This document shows positions 58,796 through 64,000 of a stretch of DNA of 64,000 nt, piece after piece; the stretch's first letter is position 1, and each line of letters begins with the position of its first letter. A model generated the notes under the pieces. That model saw only the letters and a program-made list of their open reading frames with translations. It ran no database searches and was not told the origin of the DNA. A program made the translations under genes and the position numbers. Origin of the DNA: Candidatus Parvarchaeota archaeon (GTDB lineage Archaea; Nanobdellota; Nanobdellia; WJKC01); assembly GCA_030615175.1 (NCBI GenBank), contig JAUWZX010000002.1, forward strand, positions 62,001 to 126,000, written 5' to 3'.

Positions 58796-59881
58796 TTATT
58801 TAAAATATAATGTAACTACATCTTCATCCATTAACTTGTGTTTTAAGCCAACTTTCTGTCCAGGGAACTTAGCGGATTTACCCCAGACTTGAGCATTAAT
58901 AAGATTTCCATGACTCTTCCTAATACCCTTAACTACTTCCCTGACAGTAACTTTACCCCTAAGTATTAACGGTTCCTCATAATCAGGCTCAGCGCCTGAC
59001 TTCTTCATGTAAATACGCATAAAACCCAGTACAACCCAAATTCCATCCCTTAACTCATCAAGACCTAGTTCCTTCTCAGCACTAATGAATACTGCATTAG
59101 GGAACTGCTTCTTAATCCTGTGTAATAATGACTTGCTCATCAAGTCAATCTTATTAATTAATAAAAGGACTTTAACGTACTTGCGATTCCTTGATAAAGC
59201 ATCAACTAATCGCTCAAGAGTGAATTTCTCTTTAAGCAATACTTTTGCATTAACGTAGCTGAACTCTCTGAAAACACTTTTAATAGAGTCAACGCTTAAG
59301 TCCTGCTTAACTAATGAATCAATGATTAAGCCGCCCTTAACATCCTTCTTAATAGTGATTCTTGGCGGCGCCTCATCAAGCCTTATGTTAGCATTATATA
59401 ACTCTTTCTTAATGACTGGCAAGCGCTTAACTTTATCATCAAGCATTATTAATATTAAATCTGCATTCCTGACAACACTAATAACTTCCCTGCCCCTGCC
59501 CTTACCAAGAGCTGCTTCCCTAATAATTCCCGGCGCATCAATTAATTGAATGCTCGCGCCATTATAATTCATCATCCCGGGAATTGCCTTAATAGTTGTG
59601 AAATCATAAGGAGCAACCTTTGACTTAGCACTAGTCAAGGCATTAAGTAGTGTTGACTTGCCAACACTAGGGAAACCAATAAGCACTACAGTAGCATCAC
59701 CCCTCTTCTTAACACTATAACCAGGACCGCTCTTCCTGCCTGAAGACTTATGCTCCTTTAAAGCCCTGAGTTTAGACAGCCTTGCAAGCATTGTCCCAAT
59801 GTAATGCTCAGTAGCCTTATTGCGCTTAGTGCGCTTCAATAAATCCTCAGTTTCAGCAATCTGCTCATCAATAGTTGGCAT
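58796..59881 (-). CDS. DRG/OBG-family GTPase with TGS domain
   Basis: NKATE, GFPSVGKS, YDFTT, DAPG, VWGKSAKFPGQKVG. Confidence 0.93.
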   Translation of the reverse strand: MPTIDEQIAETEDLLKRTKRNKATEHYIGTMLARLSKLRALKEHKSSGRKSGPGYSVKKRGDATVVLIGFPSVGKSTLLNALTSAKSKVAPYDFTTIKAIPGMMNYNGASIQLIDAPGIIREAALGKGRGREVISVVRNADLILIMLDDKVKRLPVIKKELYNANIRLDEAPPRITIKKDVKGGLIIDSLVKQDLSVDSIKSVFREFSYVNAKVLLKEKFTLERLVDALSRNRKYVKVLLLINKIDLMSKSLLHRIKKQFPNAVFISAEKELGLDELRDGIWVVLGFMRIYMKKSGAEPDYEEPLILRGKVTVREVVKGIRKSHGNLINAQVWGKSAKFPGQKVGLKHKLMDEDVVTLYFK

Positions 59882-60043
59882 AATTATTTACTTAACTTAA
59901 GAAGAATTTTTAAAAGTAAGGTTTTTATCATTAATAAACAGGAATAAGCGCGAAAGATTTAAAAATGAATGATTAATTTCATTGAATTAATTCAAGGCTG
60001 AAAAGCCATTTCGCAGTTCAGCACTTGACGAGGTTGTTATTTT

Positions 60044-60499
60044 ATGGCAAGAATGCATCGAAGGAAGAGAGGAAAATCAGGCTCTCATAAACCAGTAATG
60101 AAGGTTAAGCCTGCATGGGTTAAGCACTCAAAGGAAGAAGTAATTGACTTAGTGATTAAACTGGCAAAAAAAGGCAAGAGCATGAGCAAAACAGGATTAA
60201 TATTAAGAGACACTCATGGCATCCCAGACATTAAATTAATAACAGGGAAGTCAGTGAAGACAATACTGGAAAAACATGAATTAAATCCTAAAATACCAGA
60301 AGAATTGCAGAACTTAATAAGGAAAGCAGTTAATCTAAGAAAGCACTTAGAGAATAACAAGCATGACATGCATAACAAGAGGAATCTTCAATTAATTGAA
60401 TCAAAAATTAAAAGACTAGTGAAATATTACAGAAGAACAGGGGAATTACCAAATAACTGGATATACATTCATGAAAAAGCAAAACTACTAATAGAGTGA
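60044..60499 (+). CDS. rps15: 30S ribosomal protein S15/S13e
   Basis: [21 protein letters not shown]. Confidence 0.96.
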   Translation: MARMHRRKRGKSGSHKPVMKVKPAWVKHSKEEVIDLVIKLAKKGKSMSKTGLILRDTHGIPDIKLITGKSVKTILEKHELNPKIPEELQNLIRKAVNLRKHLENNKHDMHNKRNLQLIESKIKRLVKYYRRTGELPNNWIYIHEKAKLLIE

Positions 60500-60534
60500 T
60501 TAATGAATGGAATTATTAATATAGTGATTAATGA

Positions 60535-61875
60535 ATGAAAGAATTCAAGAAGGCGCTGACCATGGAAGCCAAGCGCTTCAAGAAATGGCTTAAAAGCGAA
60601 AGCAAGTGGGAAGTTTACTCGCACCTAGATGCTGATGGCATATCAAGCGCTGCAATAATGATTAATTACTTAAAGAATTACTCAATGAATCAGTTCAGGC
60701 TAAGGATTGTCCAGCAATTAGATGACGAAGTGATTAAGGAAATTGAAAAAAGCAAGTTACCAACAATACTATGCGACCTCGGTACAGGGCAGTTAAGCAG
60801 GTTAAAGAAAGCAATTAATAATAATAAGATTGTAATCCTTGACCATCACCAGCCAGAGAAATTACTAAATCATGATAACTTAATACACATTAATCCATGC
60901 CTTCATGGAGTTGATGGAAGTAAAACAATTAGTGCTTCAGGAGTAATTTACTTATTCCTAAAGGAGGCAGGGCTTAACAACCCATTAATGGCTTCAATCG
61001 CTTTAATAGGCGCTAAAGGGGACGGCCAGGACATGAAGGCAGGGCTTAATTACCAGATACTAAAGCAGAGCAGTATTAAGGAGCGCAAGGACTTAAACGT
61101 TTACGGGCATAACCTAAGACCAGTACACAAAGTATTGGAATACTCAAATGATTATGAAATACCAGGAATCACTGGCAATGAGACAAATGCAGTAATGATG
61201 CTTCAAGAATTAGGCATTAAATTAAAAAATGAAGAAACAGGTGAGTGGAGGACGCTAAGCGACTTAACAAGTAATGAAAAACAAAGATTAATCAGCGGAG
61301 TAATAATTAAAAGAAAGAATTTGGATAACCCTGAAGACGTATTCAAAACAGTCTATGAATTCAATATTGGATTAATAAAGAATAATCTTGAAGAATGGAG
61401 TTCAATGCTTAATGCTTGCGGCAGGATGGACAAGCCAAGCACAGGCATTAGCCTGCTGATGGAAGAGGATGACGGTGAAGTAAGCACTGTATTAAGCAAG
61501 TATAGAAGGGAATTGGCTGGCGCGCTTAGATGGATTAATGAAAACAAAGATAAAATATTACTAACCAATAAAGCAGTTTACATAAAAGCCCACTCAGCAA
61601 TACCATTCAAACTAATTGGAACAATATGCTCAATTACAGCCATAAACTCCTTATTTGATAAGGAATTCATTATTGGCATTTCAGAGAAGAACAGTCATGA
61701 ATTAAAGATTAGCGTTCGAAGCAGGAATGATGAATTGAATACGGGCTTAATTCTCAGGCAGGCAGTTAAGGAATTCGGGCAGGGAGGAGGGCACTTAAGG
61801 GTTGGCGGGGCAGTGATTAAGAAAGAATATGAAGCTGAATTCATCAGTAATTTCGAAAGATTATTAAATAGTTAA
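60535..61875 (+). CDS. DHH phosphoesterase (RecJ/Cdc45-like)
   Basis: HLDADG, DLG, DHH, GGGH; conserved position between S15 and S3Ae. Confidence 0.9.
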   Translation: MKEFKKALTMEAKRFKKWLKSESKWEVYSHLDADGISSAAIMINYLKNYSMNQFRLRIVQQLDDEVIKEIEKSKLPTILCDLGTGQLSRLKKAINNNKIVILDHHQPEKLLNHDNLIHINPCLHGVDGSKTISASGVIYLFLKEAGLNNPLMASIALIGAKGDGQDMKAGLNYQILKQSSIKERKDLNVYGHNLRPVHKVLEYSNDYEIPGITGNETNAVMMLQELGIKLKNEETGEWRTLSDLTSNEKQRLISGVIIKRKNLDNPEDVFKTVYEFNIGLIKNNLEEWSSMLNACGRMDKPSTGISLLMEEDDGEVSTVLSKYRRELAGALRWINENKDKILLTNKAVYIKAHSAIPFKLIGTICSITAINSLFDKEFIIGISEKNSHELKISVRSRNDELNTGLILRQAVKEFGQGGGHLRVGGAVIKKEYEAEFISNFERLLNS

Positions 61876-61892
61876 TTAATTTCAGTTCCTTT

Positions 61893-62441
61893 ATGGTTAA
61901 GAAGAAGAGAACATGGTTTGAAATTATAAGCCCAAGAATATTTGGAAACATTAAAGTAGGCGAGACTTTAAGTTATGACTCGAAAAGCATTATTGGAAGA
62001 ATTATCACTGTTAATGCAAGGGACTTAACTAATAACTTTAAGAAATCGCATATTAACATTAAATTAATAATTAATAAAGTCAGTGAGAACAAGGTGGAAA
62101 CAAGCATTTATGGTTACGTTGTTCAAAGACAGTACTTACAGAGATTTCTTCAAAAGAAGATGAGCAAGGTTGAATTAATAACTGACACTCAAACATCTGA
62201 CAAGAAGAAAGTCAGGATGAAGTTAATCTCAGCAATTAATGGCAGGATCCAAGCAACGAAGAAGAAATTAATCAGGAACGTTATGGAAAAGGAATTAATC
62301 AAGCTGGTTAATAACATGGACTTGGATAACCTAGTTTTAATGTGCTTGATGAACAAGCTTCAAATAACTCTTTCTAAAAAAATTCATAAGATACATCCAT
62401 TAAAGTTTGTTGAAGTCAGAAGGATTGACTTGCTTAAATAA
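61893..62441 (+). CDS. rps3ae: 30S ribosomal protein S3Ae
   Basis: W.EIISP..FG, IGR, KIHPL..VEVRR. Confidence 0.9.
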   Translation: MVKKKRTWFEIISPRIFGNIKVGETLSYDSKSIIGRIITVNARDLTNNFKKSHINIKLIINKVSENKVETSIYGYVVQRQYLQRFLQKKMSKVELITDTQTSDKKKVRMKLISAINGRIQATKKKLIRNVMEKELIKLVNNMDLDNLVLMCLMNKLQITLSKKIHKIHPLKFVEVRRIDLLK

Positions 62442-63360
62442 TAGGGTTAGGCGCGTTAGGTGAAGCAAGAAGGCAGACTCTTGAAGCAATTTTCTCATTA
62501 ATTAATTCATAACCAAGGAATGATGCAATTCTTAGTGAGAACTCCTTAATTTCTGAATGATAAGGCATGTTATCATAAGGCAGTCTCTTCCTTGCAAAGC
62601 CAACGCTCATGAATGCCTTTGGTTCAACAAAGTCAGGGCGTGCAATACTGATTAATTCAGCATACATCTCAGGATTCTTAAAATTCAAGTCATTGACAAG
62701 GGTTAAGCGGACAACCCTCCTGGTCTTTAAAGTTTTCATTACTTTGAGTGATTCAATTATCTTGTTCCAGGAATTAATTCTTGGAGCGCAAGTCCTGAGG
62801 TAGGTTTCCTCATCAGGTGCTGGAAGCGTTAAGTATAACTGAGTAGGCAACGGCTTTAACTTCCTTAATGCTTCAGGGTTAGTGCCGTTAGTGACTATGA
62901 ACACAGTCATCCCCTTGTTTAAGAATTCACTTACTAACCCGCCAAGCCTTGCATAATCCGCTGGCTCGCCTGCAAGGCTTATAGCAACTTGAGAAGGATT
63001 CCGTGCTTCTCGTAATTTCTCTTCATCAACTCCTGACTTATTATAACCAATTAAGAATTCTCTCTGCGCCTTAATTAATCCTGCAGCTAATTCTCTTGGG
63101 TCATCAATTGTTTTTAATTTTTTAGTAATCGTTGTTTCATGAGGCCTCCAGCAAAACAGGCAGTTATGCTTGCAGTAATGAATGCTTGGAGTGCACTGCA
63201 GGCACCTGTGCGACTTAATGCCATAAAATTCCTGCTTATAGCAATGCCCTTTATTAAATAATGACTTCCTTAACCAAGCACACGGCTTGACTGCGCCGTT
63301 AGTCATGACTAACTTATAACCCTGCTTTCTCAATAATGCTCTCTTAGATTCAAGATTCAT
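62434..63360 (-). CDS. taw1: 4-demethylwyosine synthase Taw1
   Basis: CYKQEFYGIKSHRC, CKHNCLFCWR, VEPKAFM.VG. Confidence 0.93.
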   Translation of the reverse strand: MNLESKRALLRKQGYKLVMTNGAVKPCAWLRKSLFNKGHCYKQEFYGIKSHRCLQCTPSIHYCKHNCLFCWRPHETTITKKLKTIDDPRELAAGLIKAQREFLIGYNKSGVDEEKLREARNPSQVAISLAGEPADYARLGGLVSEFLNKGMTVFIVTNGTNPEALRKLKPLPTQLYLTLPAPDEETYLRTCAPRINSWNKIIESLKVMKTLKTRRVVRLTLVNDLNFKNPEMYAELISIARPDFVEPKAFMSVGFARKRLPYDNMPYHSEIKEFSLRIASFLGYELINEKIASRVCLLASPNAPNPII

Positions 63361-63461
63361 GATTATCTAATTAATTTACGCAAGACTTTTTAAGAGTTTT
63401 TATGAAGGAGTATTACGAGAAAAATATTTATAAACCCAGCTTAGCACTATTTTAATTATAA

Positions 63462-63593
63462 ATGTTGCCTTTAAGCCTGTTTAATTTAATGAATAAGAAC
63501 TCAACTCAGTGCTGTAAGTGCGGCAGATTATTAAATTATTCTAATGCAATTGGAGGATTATGTCCTAAGTGCAGCAAGGAATTAAAAGATTGA
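63462..63593 (+). CDS. 43-aa small Zn-finger protein
   Basis: Hand translation gives CCKCG...LCPKC; TATA tttataaa upstream. Confidence 0.55.
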   Translation: MLPLSLFNLMNKNSTQCCKCGRLLNYSNAIGGLCPKCSKELKD

Positions 63594-63652
63594 AAAAACT
63601 TTATAAAACAATTATTACTAATTAAGTAATTATAAGACTGAAGACAAACTTA

Positions 63653-63725
63653 GCGGCTGTAGTCTAGTTGGTTAGGACTTCACCCTGCCACGGTGAGAGC
63701 CCGGGTTCAAATCCCGGCAGCCGCA
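63653..63725 (+). tRNA. tRNA-Gly(GCC)
   Basis: GCGGCTG/CAGCCGC acceptor, CT-GCC-AC loop, GGTTCAAATCC. Confidence 0.95.
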
Positions 63726-63781
63726 CATATTCATCACAGGATAATAAAAGATTTATAGAACTTCTTTAATAAATTAATTAA

Positions 63782-64000
63782 ATGAATTTAAACACTATAT
63801 CTAAAAGCAATAAATGGTATTTATTCAAGGTCACTGGTTATTTTAAAGGGTTTAATGAAATGGTTATTACTGATGCTTACTCAATGAATTATTATAACTT
63901 AGAGCCAGGAACTTATGTTAAAATTCATAACTTAAAACAGCATAATGCTCAAAAAGCATTCTTAATAATGACTTACATGAAGAAATATGAATGGAATCTT
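63782..64000 (+). CDS. Hypothetical protein, runs off the window
   Basis: Open frame of 73 codons from the ATG to the window end. Confidence 0.45.
   Translation, partial: MNLNTISKSNKWYLFKVTGYFKGFNEMVITDAYSMNYYNLEPGTYVKIHNLKQHNAQKAFLIMTYMKKYEWNL

Noticed and set aside
59996..60025. Hairpin in the rps15 leader as a regulatory RNA
   Set aside because: The stem is short (GCTGAA/TTCAGC) and cannot be supported without covariation data
34454..62803. Many short antisense ORFs inside core genes
   Set aside because: Shadows of well-supported genes on the opposite strand

Overview
AT-rich archaeal chromosomal window, most likely a DPANN (Nanobdellota/Woesearchaeota-like) lineage; this placement is inferred from split rpoB and rpoA, bridge-helix RTPKSG and uS12 KQPHSA. 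Core blocks: aIF5B, eS6-aIF2gamma, oapABC interrupted by ahcY, the rpoH-B''-B'-A'-A''-eL30-nusA-uS12-uS7-EF2-EF1A-uS10 supercluster, KEOPS kae1/bud32, eS31-eS24-spt4-rpoE, ppaC, uL16, ppsA, DRG, uS15-DHH-eS1 and taw1. There are five tRNAs (Met with 1 intron, Tyr with 3, Asp, Lys with 1, Gly) and a C/D box sRNA. Two accessory regions follow tRNAs: about 3.5-10.4 kb and about 17.4-32.1 kb. The best novel-system candidate is a RiPP-like cluster at about 26.3-29.7 kb: an unannotated 42-aa peptide under a tandemly duplicated promoter, an RRE-type radical SAM/SPASM maturase, a P-loop protein and a stand-alone C39-like protease. Also notable: integrase-less cassettes bounded by tRNA-Asp 3'-end repeats, a His-to-Lys change in the RNAP trigger loop, a Lokiarchaeia-like LRR protein, and duplicated gene ends flanking small hairpin inserts. 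All calls come from reading motifs by eye; no searches were run.
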